Of a DNA stretch of 64,000 bases, positions 1-15,700 are shown piece by piece. The number at the start of each line of letters is the position of its first letter. Positions within the stretch are counted from its first letter, which is position 1. The DNA lies in assembly GCF_001194135.2 (NCBI RefSeq), contig NC_068986.1, positions 45,314,979 to 45,378,978 of the forward strand, given 5' to 3'. The notes under the pieces were generated by a model that was not told where the DNA came from, ran no database searches, and saw nothing but the letters and a program-made list of their open reading frames with translations. Source of the DNA: Octopus bimaculoides. Its lineage: Eukaryota. A program made the translations under genes and the position numbers.

Positions 1-1483
1 GGAATGGAAAACATCAAACAAATTATTACTGCCCTCGTATGAAAAGACAGACATCTGAAGTATTATGGAATATGTCTGTGAAATTTGAAAAGCAAATATA
101 GAGGATTTGTATCAAGTGTATAATGGTAACTTGTAAGGTTTATTGGTCAGTGAATAAAGTAACTAAGTATTAAGCACATTGACTGATGTATGCAGGTGAA
201 ACAAATTAGGTTAGAAAAGACATATATGAGGTAATATTCTGGAAGATAAAGTATCAAGAGTTGGTAGTGGAAGATGTTACTAGCAAAAGTAAACCATAGA
301 AAACTTGAATGAAGTAAGTTGATCACATAACAAGAGGATCTTTCAGAGTAGATAACATAAGATTTAGACATAAAAAGATTTGTTACAGTAAGCATGAAAT
401 ACATGTGTTGTGGTGATGGTAGTAGTGAATAGCAGAAGCATTAATGATGGTTGGTAGTGACTGTAACAGTGATGGTGAAAACAAATTAAAAAAATGTTTA
501 TCAAGAGGTGTTAGATTCCAGACCTATGTTAGGATATTATCTTTATATCTATTAAGATATACCACAGAGCTTTATCAAAGCAGAACAATTTACCCAATGA
601 ATTTATATACAGAATAGAAGAAAAGTCATATGATATTTAAATAATGTTGCTGAAGTTTAGATATAACAACATTAAACAGTGTCGACTGTGATTTGTATAA
701 CCTAACATTGATTGAATATTTTGTAGTGTAGTCCTTTCCTGACTATATCTCTAATGAGCAGACTACCAGTTCTTCACTTAATTTTCAAAACAATCTGGAG
801 GAGTTTAGTTACTCTCATCCCCACCATCTCTCTCTCTTTCTCATGCTCCTTTCCATTCACATTTATAAAGAATTATAGCACTGGATCCCACCTCTACACA
901 ATGTACTGCATCAACCTTTCAACTTTGTCTGTCTGTGTCTCTCTCCTTTTCTCACTAACCCTTGACACTACTCCTTTCCCTTCCCCTTTCTATATTTCCC
1001 TTCCCAAAACTGTTTACACTGTTAATCTCTCCATTATCACACTCACATCATATTTCACCTTCCCATCACCATGCTGAAAATCATCACTCTTTTTCCCCTT
1101 TCTCCTTCCAGTCATGGTAGTTGTTTAGTCTTGCCTGTGACAAGGTAATCTCACAAGTGCCGGTGCTACAAAAGCCAAAAACCACCTAACACACTCTATA
1201 AAGTAGTTTGCATTAGAAAGAGCAACCAGTCATAGAAACCATGTCAAAATTGAAACACTGGAGTGCAACACAGCCATTTGACTTGTCAGCTTCATGTTGA
1301 AACATCCAACCACTTATGCTAGTGAATTGATATTGATAGATTATGTTGGTGATGACCAACTAAAATCTCATTATTTCATCTATGTTAAAATGAAATTTTA
1401 GTTAAGATTTTAATTTAAATGTGAACATTTTAGAACAGATAGTCTGAGACAGATTGTTAATAAAATGGTTAAGCCATTCTTAC

Positions 1484-1589
1484 CTCAATCCCTTCACGTT
1501 GGTACTCTTCTTGTTCTGATTTCAATGTTAGCTCAATAAACAGCTGTTGGAGTTTCTCATTACAGTAGTTGATGCAGAATTGCTCAAAC
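1484..1589 (-). CDS. MYO1C: Myosin I coding exon 11 (relay helix): [35 protein letters not shown]
   Basis: Acceptor ctcctttttccag|G; donor GAG|gtaaga; 106 nt. Confidence 0.98.
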
Positions 1590-4500
1590 CTGGAAAAAGG
1601 AGAATGAATTCATGAACGAAACAACAAATCAGAATTTATTTAATTATATAAGCACAGGCATGGCTGTGTGGTTAAGAAGTTTACTTTGCAACTACAGGGT
1701 TTTGAGTTCAGTCCCATTATGTGGTATCTTGGGCAAGTGTCTTCTACTAAGCCCCAAGCTGACCAATGCTTTGAGAGTGAATTTGGTTGATAGAAACTGT
1801 GGGGAAGCCTGTTGTGTGTGTGAGTGTGTGTGTGTGTGTGTATGTGTGTAAGTATATATGCATGTATATGTGTATGTATATGAGTGTATGTCTTTGTGTT
1901 TGTCTCCCCTCCTGCTCACCGTTTGACAACTGGTATTGGTTTGTTTATGTCAGAGATTGATAGGATAAATATCAGACTGAAAAAAGAAAAAAAAGAAAGA
2001 AGTACTGGTGGTGATTTGATTGACTAAACCCTTCAAAGCAGTGCTATCTGAAATAAAACACAATCACATAAGAAAATGTAGTACCATAGTATATTTTAAA
2101 AGTGGAATGAAATGCTTGATCGTAGGTCAATGAAGATTGACTTCTGACTAAACAGCAACAACAATACAATTAATAAGAATATTATGACCACTGACACCAC
2201 CAACAAAAACCCTACCAACACCAAAACCAACTCCACTACTAACCCACCAACTTTTGAGTAACCAACTAGTAATGACATTAATATCAGCATGAAAGCATTG
2301 TTTGTAACTACATATGAAGGTTGGAAAATATATGTGACATTACAAGATTTTCATAAGTACAAAGTCTACATCATATTTGGAGTGTTATTGTGACACTTGC
2401 AAATGAAGTAATTGTTTCAATAAGTCATAGAAGATGACATGCTCAAATTGGTACAGTTTCACAGAAATTTATTTGGAGCTAATGCTGTAAGAACAAAAAG
2501 AAAATGAGAATACAGATAATAATATGGAAATTCCAACAGTTCAGTGCATACACTAAGCTGTAGAAAGAGATTGTGCATCATAAACATCAAACAATTTGGA
2601 ATAAGTTCTTTAACCCCAAAGTAAATGATGATTGAAAATTATATATGATAGCAACTTTCATCCTCCTAGTAACTCTATCAGAACACATTATCACTTTATA
2701 ATACGAAAATAAATGGGAAAAATTAATTTTGCTTTATTCTCATAACATGGGATATTCTTGTTGTCAGAAACTTTATACTGTATTGTCAGGGCAAATGAAA
2801 GATGGAAAAAAAATTGTAATTATAATCAGCACTAACTGATACAAAAAGATTTCTGTATAAATTTAGTTTGACTTACCCATTTATTTGGAATATTTCGAAA
2901 CCATATATATCTAATAGTCCTAGTAAAGTACATTTTTCTTTACACTAAAGAAATAAGAAAAAGAAACACATTGAAGAAGTAACAGCATGTATGAAGCCAC
3001 TGATAAATATACAAGATTAAGGATTACATTTTTATATAATTTATAAATTTTCTTTTCAGAAGTGTCAATTTCATATAATTGTTCAGTTTATGAACTATTT
3101 CTTAAATTTAAAATATACAGTTTCATTTTTGAAGAACTAATTAGAACACATTTTGAATTTATTTGACAGAATAGTTAGATACCAAGGGATGAAAATGTTA
3201 TCTCTAGTCTAATTAGTTTTGATGTCTCTCATCTCAGTTTGGTTCTTAATGATGAGTTAAGAAAAAAAGAAAAGAAAAAATGCTCAATTGAGATTGGCAT
3301 GGAGTTGCTCACTAACAAATTCTAGAGTCTAGTCTAGAGTCTAATCACTTTGCATTTTTACCACTCCTACTGTAGCCTCGAGGAGGCGCAATGGCCCAGT
3401 GATTAGGGCAGCAGACTCGCGGTCATAGGATCGTGGTTTCGATTCCCAGACCGGGCGTTGTGAGTGTTTATTGAGTGAAAACACCTAAAGCTCCATGAGG
3501 CTCCGGCAGTGGATGGTGGCAAACCCGGCTGTACTCTTCCACCACAACTTTCTCTCACTCTTTCTTTCTGTTTCTGTTGTACCTGTAATTCAAAGGGTCA
3601 GCCTTGTCACACTCTGTGTCACGCTGAATATCCCCGAGAACTACGTTAAGGATACACGTCTGTGGAGTGCTCAGCCACTTGCACGTTAATTTCACGAGCA
3701 GGCTGTTTCGTTGATCAGAACCTTCGACATCGTAACCGACGGAGTGCCAACAACTGTAGCCTCTGCTGCTTGGAGCTGGCTAGGGTTTGTGCCACCTCTA
3801 GCTGGAACCACTTGACTCAATTAATTCCATCACCTAAATTATGTTCCACCCTCATCAACCCATCCACATAAATCCCTATCCTTAATTTTCTCTTTTAAGA
3901 ATGTCAGACTTTTGAAATTTCTCTTTAGCAATGCAGTTATTTTAAGAGAGCTGCTTCCCGCATGCACTGTCTTGTCTCTCTCTTTTCTCTCACTGCTTTC
4001 GATGGTGAATGGAATCATGACAAAAAGAACCACCACCATAAAAGAGGTATCTTTTAAACATAACAGTATATTCATTAAACAATGAGACAGTCACATCTGG
4101 AACACCTTTGATCATGGATCTGCTTAATCTGGGTTGAACTGGGATTAATGTAGGGTTTCCATCATCAGTCAATGTTAACCATGCATCTGCAGCCCTGGGA
4201 AGCTGTTTTGAAGAAGACTAGCAGTCACTCATGCATGCAAGTCTCTTCTCTCCATGCCATTGATGTTTATTCAAAGGAAAAACTAACTTAAACCAATAAA
4301 GTTTAGCAGCAGTGTCATTGCAGACGCTGCTGTTAGAATGCAAAGAGTAGGAATTATCCAATATTCTAATGACTCTGCCAAGTTACCTTGTTGGGTTAAA
4401 CTGGGGTTAAATAACATCAACAACATCATTTAGAGTTAATTAACTAGTATCAATTAACAGCACTATGCATAACAGCAACATAAATTTTACATTCTTAAAA

Positions 4501-6692
4501 GTGCTGACCAATATTCAAGAAACTGTTTTATATGTCTGTTGTATTATTTTATATAAGTATTTGCATATATTAACCCTTTTGATACCAACTCACTAGAGAC
4601 TGCTCCTGGTTCTATGATACAAACTTTACATTTCAAAGTAATTTAAATTAAAACCTTCTGTGTTAATGTATGTTCCAAACACCAGCTTAATAATAAAAAG
4701 AAAATTATTTTACTAAATTCTTTATTATTTTCAAAATTAATATGGTAATTAAAGAGGTAAAAATAATGATAATGAATCATTTTGAAAATTTTCAATTACA
4801 ACAATATAAGCTAAAACATGACTAATGTTAGTTGTAAACACCAAAGTCAAAAATATAACAGTAATTAATAACGATTTCAAATTTTTGCTACAAGAGCAGA
4901 TTGGGGGAGGGGATTAAGTCGATTACATCGACCCCAGTGCGTAACTGGTACTTATTTAATTGACCCTAAAAGGATGAAAGGCAAAGTCGACCTCGGTAGA
5001 ATTTGAACTCAGAACGTAAAGACAGACGAAATACTGCTAAGCATTTCGCCCGGCGTGACAACGTTTCTGCCAGCTCACCGCCTTCTGCCAGAGGTGTTTA
5101 AAATTTCATTATTTTCTTACTTTTGTTGCAAGAGATGTGTTAATCTTTTTGACAATCCAAGTAAAAAGCCTGTCATATATTCCTTTAGCAAGAGCATCTC
5201 GAGCATAAATTGCTTGTTCCAAATTTAACGGAGTCTGCATCTAGAAAAAGTAATAAATATGTGTTGAATTAGTGAAATATAGTTTTGGCCACTGATGAAT
5301 TATTAATAAAGAACCCATGTTACATGATGAGGATGATGATGATGTTTGAACTGATCATTAACAAACCATGCAATTTGTATTCTGTTATTAATATAGAATC
5401 AAAATATGTTAATACATTCTTTCTGATTAAATATTACAGTGAAAACTAAAAATTCATCAAATTTTTGTAATATAAAATGAGGCATACCTTTTCCTGTCGG
5501 ACATCAATAGTTCGGTTTTCCAAAGCTGCAATTAGCTGCTCTTCAGGACATCCAAGTAACTATAAACAAAGAAATATATTTACGGTGCCTAAATTTCCAA
5601 TAGCAAAAAACATAAATTAATGAGCGAGTCTGCTATAAATAGGAGCCAAATATCCTTAATATCATCTTAAAAAATGACATTTGTATCGTGGATTCCTGGT
5701 TACAAAGTGCTTGAGTAAAAGATAGAAAGGTAAGAATTTGAATTCCTTTGATTATGGTTAAGTTTTCATAATCAGGGATGACCTGGAGCTAAAAAAGGTC
5801 ATCCAGTCTTGTTTTAATTAACCACTAGAAAGGCTACATTTTACATCTGTATTTACTGTAGTATCTAAACAGCTGCTGAGATTAAACATATTTAATTACT
5901 TTTTCAAAAACCACATCCTTGACAAAGGTAAAGTAAAGGGTAGTAATATAACCAGGTGGAGGTGTTAGGACAAGGAGGAAGCATCCCAGGTGATGCTTTT
6001 GTGGGGGTGGCACTTCTGACCTAGCGGCCAAGAAGTGGAGAGTGGGGAGAAAACTCACGAGCTATCCCAGGCAGCACACATTCTGGTTACACCACTGTTA
6101 CAGCATCTTTTTTATTCTTTTACAGAGTCAAGAATTTTTCAACCTTAAGCTGAAGTATTATATTCAAGAACAGTTTAAAACAATTACTGTAGTTAATTAC
6201 TCAGAGACATATTTGCATTAAAATAAAAGTTAAGTAGTGCTAATGTATTTAATGAAGTGAGCATTAAATGTCTAATTTTAAAAGACAACATTAATTCAAA
6301 GATTAAAATTATTTTAATCATTTCAGTAAGGAAGATAACTCTGTACATGTTATTAGACCTAAGCATAAAACTTCAGAGGACTAGTGAAAGTAATGATTAA
6401 AAAATCATAAAGTTAATGTTCAATATTATAGATGGGCACCAAAAATCATAGCCATGACTTGCAAGTGAGTATGATCTGGTAGCATGTACCATGATTTTGC
6501 CCATTATTTTAGGTGCCTATGTAATCATGAGCAGACATAGACACCCTCTCCACCTCCCATCATACAATTTTTCACTTTTTGCTTTCTTTAAGAGCATTGT
6601 CTTTCAGTGGTTTATTAGCTTCCATTTTGCTACTAGCCTTTAGCTTTCAGTTTGTTTTCCATCATTATCATCACATCAAGGATGTAACAGCT

Positions 6693-6748
<56 letters not shown>

Positions 6749-9700
6749 GCACCAGCAAAGGCTGGTACTCATTTTCTGTTGGGAAGACAAGAACAATGTG
6801 AAATGAAGTGCCTTACTCAAGGACTTAACTTGTTACCTAACCCAGAAATTGAACAACCAAACCTTATGATAACATCCAGGCCACTCATTTATGCATCCAT
6901 GATTAAGTGCAAAAAACAAAGTATATTATAAAAAAAATCAGGTTACACTTGCAATTACCACATGAAATGCAATATGTTAAGCTTTGAAAAATACCTGATT
7001 TATCCAACCTAAACATACTTATTTACAAGATAAAGCAAACAGTTCAATAAGAGAGACATTTCCAGTAAGTGGTTGAATTACTTACTTTGGCAATATAAGT
7101 TTCATGTCCATTAAGTGATAGTTTAGCCACACCCTGGTCTTCTTTATGAGTTATATTTCCTAAGTGGATCACAGCGGCAACAATAGCAAACAAGGACTGA
7201 AAGAGAAGAAAAAAGGAAATGGAATGTTTGCAAATGATAATGAATTTCTAAATGGAAAAGATAAAAATGAGATTATTCATCGTTTAACGTCCGCTTTCCA
7301 TGCTAGCATGGGTTGGACGATTTGACTGAGGACTGGTGAACCAGATGGCTACACCAGGCTCCAATCTGATTTGGCAGAGTTTCTACAGCTGGATGCCCTT
7401 CCTAATGCCAACCACTCCGAGAGTGTAGTGGGTGCTTTTACGTGCCACCGGCACAAAAGCCAGTCAGGAGGTACTGGCAATGGCCATGCTCAAAATGGTG
7501 TATTTTATGTGCCACCTGCACAGGAGCCAGACCAGTGGTACTGACAATATATAAATAAATAAAAGGCTGAGCAATATGACGTATAACAAAAATAATAGAC
7601 AATTTGAAAAATAAAGAAAAAATCTTTTGACAATATCCACTGTTAACAAGATGAGTATAGGATTGGCTGGCCGATATTTTCAGACAACATGGTGCTACTT
7701 GGCTTGTCCGACAGTAATCTCCAGCATGCACTGAACGGGTTTGCTGCCATGTGCTGTAAGGCAGGGATGAGAACAAGTGTTGTGAAGACTGAGACAATGG
7801 CCCTCTCAAGAAAGTCTTCCAGATACACTCTGCGTGTTAATGGCATTTCACTGAGGCAAGTGGAGAAGTTTAAGGCTGTTGAATGTTAAAATTGCAGGTG
7901 TTGTCACAGTAATGTGCCAGCTTCAACATTCAATCTTCAGAAGAGGAGAGGATGATGAAAATGCCAAACTTACTATCTTTAATTTGGTTTATGTGCCTAT
8001 CCTTAGATATGGTCATGAATGTTGGGCAATGACCGAAAGAATTCAAACATGAACACAAGCAGCTGAAATGGGATCTCACTGAAAAATCTCTGGGGTGTGT
8101 TATGTAGCTTGGAGATCAGGGAGTCTCTCTAGGTTGAGTTTCAACTTCTCTCCATCAGTATTATGGACATGTAATTAGAACGTTGCAGGCAATGATCACA
8201 AAACAGATTCTTCAAGTCAAGCCAAACTGGTAGGAGATCTAGGGGTAGATCATGAGTAAGATGGCTGGATAACATCCATAGTTTCAGTTGGTCAAGCTTA
8301 GGAATCCAGTAGGAAAATGTAATAATTGTTGTTTCAGATAGAACTTTATGGAGGAAGGGCTTAAGGACTCCTATGTAATGACCGTCTCAGGAACAATGGG
8401 CAGTAAAGATGGAGGGACATTAACAAGATGTAAAAGAAACTGTATTGTAATCCTTCATCATAAGTTTCACTTTTGACTATTGACTATGTAGAGCACAAAA
8501 AGACGAAACAAATATTTACTGGTATACTTCATGCAGAAAGTTAATAATTACTGGTACATTTCATCACCATCATCGCCACCTTCTCTTCCTTCTTCTTCTT
8601 AATATCCACTTTCCCATACTTGCATGGGTCAGATGAAATTTTTTGAGGCAGGTTTTCTACAATCTTCGCCTGTTTCCAAACATGCTAATATTTCCCCATG
8701 GTTAGACATATCTTCATGGATGACTGGACACAAATAACACTGCCCTTAACATGGTGATACCTATTTACAACTATCATGCAACATCAAGATCAGGAGGTAC
8801 AAACACACAGCCCCACACACACACAAATTACCAGCCCAGGGCCATAGTAAAAGACTGAACTCAAACCATGTGGTTGGAACCAAACTTCTTTCCCACAATT
8901 ATGCCTGCACTTATAAAGCAAAAACAAAATATTGAATAATATGGATATTCTAATGTCTTAAATTATATTTCCAAAAATCTATGGGTTACCTAGCAGCACA
9001 CCATTTAGGAACCACAGGTACAGAAAATATTGAGAATAAAATTCCAATCTGATAGATCTTAGTCTTCTCTAAACTATTATGCGTCTAATGTTAGAGATCA
9101 TAGGAACAAGGTGTCAATGAAGTAAATTACTCTATTAGGAATCTCATCTGCATCACAATCTTAGTTTAATAAGAGCTTACCACTACAACCATGAAGGCGC
9201 AATGGCCCAGTGGTTAGGGCAGCGGACTCGTGGTCATAGAATCATGGTTTCGATTCCCAGACTGGGCGTTGTGAGTGTTTATTTGAGCGAAAACACTTAA
9301 AGCTGCACAAGGCTCTGGCAGGAGATGGTGGCGAACCCTGCTGTACTCTTTCACCACAACTTTCTCTCGCTCTTACTTCCTGTTTCTGTTGTACCTGTAA
9401 TTCAAAGGGTCAGCCTTGTCATACTGTGTCACGCTGAATATTCTTGAGAACTACGTTAAGGGTACACATGTCTGTGGAGTGCTCAGCCACTTGCACATTA
9501 ATTTCACGAGCAGGCTGTTCCGTTGATCGGATCAACTGGAACCCTCGACATCGTAAGTGACGGAGTGCCAACAACAACCACTACATCCACACCAAAACAA
9601 GGTGATTAAAAATGCAATTTTAAAAATTCAATTATTACACACAGAATATGCTGATATTGAAACTTAAGTTTAAATATAACATCTTACTTCTTCTTCAGAA

Positions 9701-12700
9701 CAGGAGAAATCACAGATTTTCAAAGCTTGACGCATTTCTTCAAAGTTCTTCTTGTCGTCAATAGATGCAATCTTAATACTTTTTCCCTGAAAATATATGT
9801 TGAATACTTAATGGCACAAACAGATATAACAATTTTTTGTACAGAAACATGAATAAGTTTTGTAAAAAAGAAGTGTAGTCAATTGAATAACTCAGTATAT
9901 TACAAGTGCTTAAAACTGCAAGTAATATACTGGAGTTCATTCAGTTGTATGTAAAGCAAAGTAGACATCTCTTTTACTCTTTTACTTGTTTCAGTCATTT
10001 GACTGTGGCCATGCTGGAGCACCGCTTTTTTAGTCGAGCAGATCGACCCCAGGACTTATTCTTTGGAAGCCTAGTACTTATTCTATCGATCTCTTTTGCT
10101 GAACCGCTAAGTTACAGGGACGTAAACTCACCACCATCGGTTGTCAAGCGATGCTGGGGGGACAAACACAGACACACAAACATATAAATATATACGACGG
10201 GCTTCTTTCAGTTTCCGTCTACCAAATCCACTCACAAGGCTTTGGTCGGCCAGAGGCTATAGTAGAAGACACTTGTCCAAGGTGCCACGCAGTGGGAATG
10301 AACCCGGAACCATGTGGTTGGTAAGCAAGCTACTTACCACACAGCCACCAGAATTTTTAACTTATAACTTAAAAATAGACAAGGAAGGTTTCCATACTGT
10401 ATCATTCAGTCTAGGAGAGGGATACTTTGGTAAAGATTAGATTAAACTTCTGTAAATAAATGTGCATAGGGAAAACATGACCAGAGGGAGTCAGGGTTGC
10501 AATTTAGTTGAGGAAAATATTATAAAAAGTGTTGATGTGTGAAGGTTTATAAGGCATTACCTATGTATTTCTTTTGCATGTAATCCAAAATATGTGGTGG
10601 GTACACTGTCCCACAGATTTGATGTGAGTACTGTACATGGTCTTGTAGAGAGCTAGCATTTTTCAAGACACTTTTTAAAAGGGGATAGCCAGAGGAGGAA
10701 GGGCAGTACTCACAACTGAGACTAGTGGGAGTAATCTATGTTTAGACTGGTGACCTATTCAAATGACTTACAGCAACTGAACTCTGTTAGAGGTACTCAA
10801 GAGCCCAAAGGTGATGCTAATTAGGCCACAGATTAAGTTAACCACCAAGAGTAAGAACAATCACGCATAAAGGGTTTTACACAATTTCTGTTTACCAAAT
10901 TTCACAAAGCTTTCATCAACCCAAGGCTATGGCAGAAGGTGTTCTATACTGGGATCAAACCTCAAACCACATGGTTGCAAACAAATTTCCCAACCAAAAG
11001 TCATGCTTACAACAAATATTCCTGGAAGAAAAAATCTTTGTAGAGCAGACTTCCTACTACAAAGTCCAAGCCTTGTTGCTTGTATGCCTCAGTGAGCCTG
11101 AGAGTTAAGCCAGAGGAGCACAAGCTTCTGGTGGGGCTTCCCATGATGGACAGGTCAAAGAAAATGGGCCAGACTAATAAAGATCCAAGAGGTAAAAATG
11201 AGTTTGCATAGGGCCAACACCCCTACAGTACGCTACAGACATCAAAGACAATTTAATAATCAACAAGCCTTGGGAGAGGAAAGTCTTCTTTCAGGGAAAT
11301 AGAAAGGACAGTACAGGTACAAGCCAGAGTTGAGAACAATGAGAAAAGTTGTTGATGGCCTATGCTCAATAGGAATCGAATGGGGTTAATTAATAAGTGG
11401 AACAGACTTCAGTATATGATATATACGTCTTCATTATGAAAAGTTTTCAAGGATTGTAAGATGAATATTTGAATAACACATCCTTTTAACAACAGACAAG
11501 CACAAAAGTTTTAAGCTCAAACACTAGCCTTAACAATGCTATTTTCATGTGATTAGTTACCTAACTATTGTAAGATAATCCATTTCAACTTTTTCTAAAT
11601 AGTTTCAAAGTTTTTGCATAGCCAAACAAGTAACAATGAGAATTTCACTGACAAGTGAATTATAGCAGTGGTCTTCAGGGGGTGGACAAATAATCATATT
11701 TAATAAAACTAAGATAGTTATAAGTCTTTACATATGTAATTTACTCTGGCTATAGACATTAACACAAGGGAGATAACTACATGATACCTCACAACACGAG
11801 ACAGAATTAGAAATTTGAATTTGAAATTAAGGAATATGAAGATGCATAGCGTTCATTATTTTTTTAATTTGAAGTTCCCACAGTATCTACTTAGTGGGAA
11901 ACATGTATAGCACTATTTCATTCGTTTTAGAAATATCTGCTTTCTCATTAATAAAGAGGGAGCAAAAGTGTTTAGTTATTACTATTTGGAGGTAGGAGGC
12001 TGGGATTTTTCACTTTATAAACTACTGAATAATATAACAAACACAACAGGGTTTTAAACAAAAGAAATATATTTATTATAAATAAAGTTATAGTACTTTA
12101 AATGCATATTACCTGACATAAATAGTGGTACTTATTGGGATCACCATCTAAATTCAGTTTCTCAAGTAATTCCTGATCTTTGCTGCATAAAAGTTGGTAA
12201 AACACATGAAAATTACGTTCTCCAGGTGCATGGTGAATAACTCGAGATTTTTCCAGAAGATAGTTGAGTATATGTCCACCCACAGGAGCTCCCTTTAATA
12301 GAATTTAAAAAATATGGTCAGTATATTTTCCAAGGTCTACTTTATAAAAAAGACTCTTACAGTTACCAAAAGAGATATCGAAACACAGAAATAGACAAAG
12401 TAAAAAGAGAAATGAGAAGAAGAAAAAAAAGAATATATAGAAAGTGAATAAATTGTAAAAGTGACAGAGAAAATATTTTAAGAAAAGAAAGAAGAGAAAA
12501 AGAGACAGGAACATAGAGAGAGTGATCTCATATTTACTTAAACCTGAAACCTCATAATAATCATTGCGTTACCCATGGGAATTCTATGGCTTTGAAAAAC
12601 TTTATGATTGCTGGAAGTTTAGAGAGCTATGAAATACATAATTTCTTTTGTAATTGCATTTTCCCTCAGGTGCTGATTCTTAAGACAGTGTAAAGTCTGC

Positions 12701-15700
12701 ATAGGTAGTATTGAAGGTGCAGTCTTAGGAGAGAACATCTTTGAAAACTATATTCTTTGTTATACACTTGTCATCTTTTCCACCTGAATGTTACCTGTTA
12801 TTCTTATCTTAATGCCAACTTGTAAACATGCTCATACAACGGTCCATAACAAAATACTGGTTCACTTCTCTTCACATTTCTATTGTGATTACATTATTAT
12901 AATTATAGAAAATGAGTTGAAAAAATAATCAACATCATCATCATTCTAATGTCCACTTTTCCATGCTGACAAGGGTTGGACAGAAGTTATTGGGGTGGAT
13001 TTTCTACTACTAAATGTCCTTCCTGTTGCCAACTTTCACCTGTCTCCAAGTAAGGTAATATTCCCCATGACCAGGCATGCTTTTGTGGAAGACTGTAATT
13101 CAATGACATGGCTTCTTACATGACAGTGACATTCATTCACAATGCCAACACAAAGCCGAGGCAAGAAGACACACATGTACATATGATGGGCTTCTTTCAG
13201 TTTCTATTAAACAAATCCACACAGAACAGCTAACAATGTTAGCTGTTAGTTGTGTTTACAACTTTAAAATGTGTACCACTTACCTTATAATCAAATTGTA
13301 TATCCATAAATTTGCCAAATCTGCTAGAATTATCATTTCGCGTAGTTTTAGCATTTCCAAACGCCTATAAAAGAAAATGAGATTTTTTTTTCTGAAATGT
13401 TTTAAATTCAAATTATGCTTAAATTAAATTTTTTTCTACAACTATATGCAAACAAAAAATTCCATATTTAAACTTGTATCAGCCACTGGATTGTGGCCAT
13501 ATTGGGGTACCATCTTGAAGGATTTAGTCGAACAAATTGACCCAAGTATTTATTATTTTTAAGTCTGGTAATTATTCCATCAGTTTTCTGCTGAACTGCT
13601 AAGTTAAGGGTATGTAAACAAACCAACACCGGCTGTCAGGTAGTGGAGGGGACAAACACAAACGCACAGACATACACACACAGATATATAGATATATGCA
13701 ACAAGCTTCCAAACAGTTTCCGTCTAGTAAATTCACTCACAAAAGCACGGGTTGGCCCAGGGCTATAGTAGAAGACAATTGTCCAAGGTGTTGCACATTG
13801 GAACTAAACTCAAAACTAGGGCTGGATTAAGATCCACAGAGGCCCTAAGCACTCAAAAGGTTTTAGTGCCCCCACATATATGTAATCCAAAATATAAACA
13901 ATAATAAACCATAAAATAAATTTTTATTCTTCAAAATGAAATAAAACTAACAGTAAGATGGAAAAGAATGTTTATTTTATTATACTTCCACTTTATTTAT
14001 ATTTGAAAAGTTTTCTCCAACTTTCTTTAATTGCAATGTTTTTGAGCAGATCTTCAAAATTAATCTTCCGTAATGCATCTGCTTCTCTTCTTGGTAAAAA
14101 TAAAACATCCAACCTGCCTTGTAGCATGGTTGTTTTGATGAGATTTTTAATATACTTCAACTGAGAAAATGAATGCTTAGCTGATCAATTTGTGACCATT
14201 AATGTTAAAAATATATGAAAGGTAATGTCTACATTTGGAAAGACACACTCAATATTTATTTTAGCAAGTCTAAAATGATTTCTAATGTGCCGTAAACTAT
14301 TTACAATTACTGTGGTGCCCACCCTTCCCTCGATGCCCTAAGCATGTGCTTATTTTGCTTAAGGGTTAACCCAGTGCTGCTCAAAACCATATGGTTGCAA
14401 AGTGAGCTTTTGGACCACATAGCCATGCCTTCTTCTAATTTTTGCTTTTCCACCTGTTTGGGAAGAATCAATATATAATAACTACACCCACTAGCCACCA
14501 ATCAAAAGCATAACCAAGGTAGTTTTAGAACATCATTTTTGCTGTGATGGATGGGTCTTCTCAAGCACAGTGAATCACCACTCCTCATCAACTCATCAGG
14601 CATTGGTCAGCTTGAGGCAATAGTAGAAAATACTTACCTGTGATGCTACACAGTGGGATTGAACTTGAAACAATGTGGGTAAGAAGCAAACTTCTTAACC
14701 ACACAGCCAATCACTTCTACCCCATATCTCGTCATGTATTATTCTCTCCTCATATTCTTATGAAACTACCTTCTCACCTCACATCCTAATCCACTGTCTG
14801 TATCCTCTTTTATATTCACCTTCTGTATCTTGAGATACTCTGGCATCTCATAACTACCATCTCTACCTCTTTTTCTAGCTACTCCCACCCCACCTTATAC
14901 TATGTTGACTTGCCATATATCTCATCTATAGCAAGACACCTGTGCTTTCCCTTAATCATACTTTAGTCTCTCAACACCTGACTGACTGACTGACTGACTG
15001 ACTGACTGTATGTATATATGGATGTATGTATGTATGTATGTATGTATAAAACAGACACTTACCTCTAAAACTGGGTTGGATTTTAAAAGCCTGTCTTTGA
15101 CCCTTTCAACTTCACTGGAATGAACATTGCATGCTGCTATGTATTGAAGCAACTTTTTGGATGCTTCTGTTTTGCCAGCTCCAGATTCCCCGGAGATAAG
15201 TACACATTGGTCCCGATTTTCTCCTCGCATCGATCGATAAGCAGCATCAGCAATAGCAAAGCTATAAATAAAGTGATAGAAAATTCAATTAATTTTGGTA
15301 ACGGATCTAAAAATAATATATAATATTATATATTTTACAAGGATATATATACTGTAATACTATAATGTACATAATATATATAATATATAAAAATATATAT
15401 AATATAAATAATAATTAAATATATAATATATAGAAATATATTATGTATAATATATATTTTTTGAATAGTTGCTTAAGGGATGCTTAAAATATCTCATGGA
15501 ATAGGATATGGTCTAGTCATCTACATAGTTAATCAGATTGTACAGGAAACTATCACAGCAGATGTTGCAGCTCTATAGTCAACTGTTAACTGTTACAAAG
15601 AGGTATTAAATTGATGGACCGGGTTATGAAAATTAGAAAAAGAATTATAGCTCAACTAATTAGCAAGAGAATTAGCCTGAATGAGATACAGTTTGGTTTT

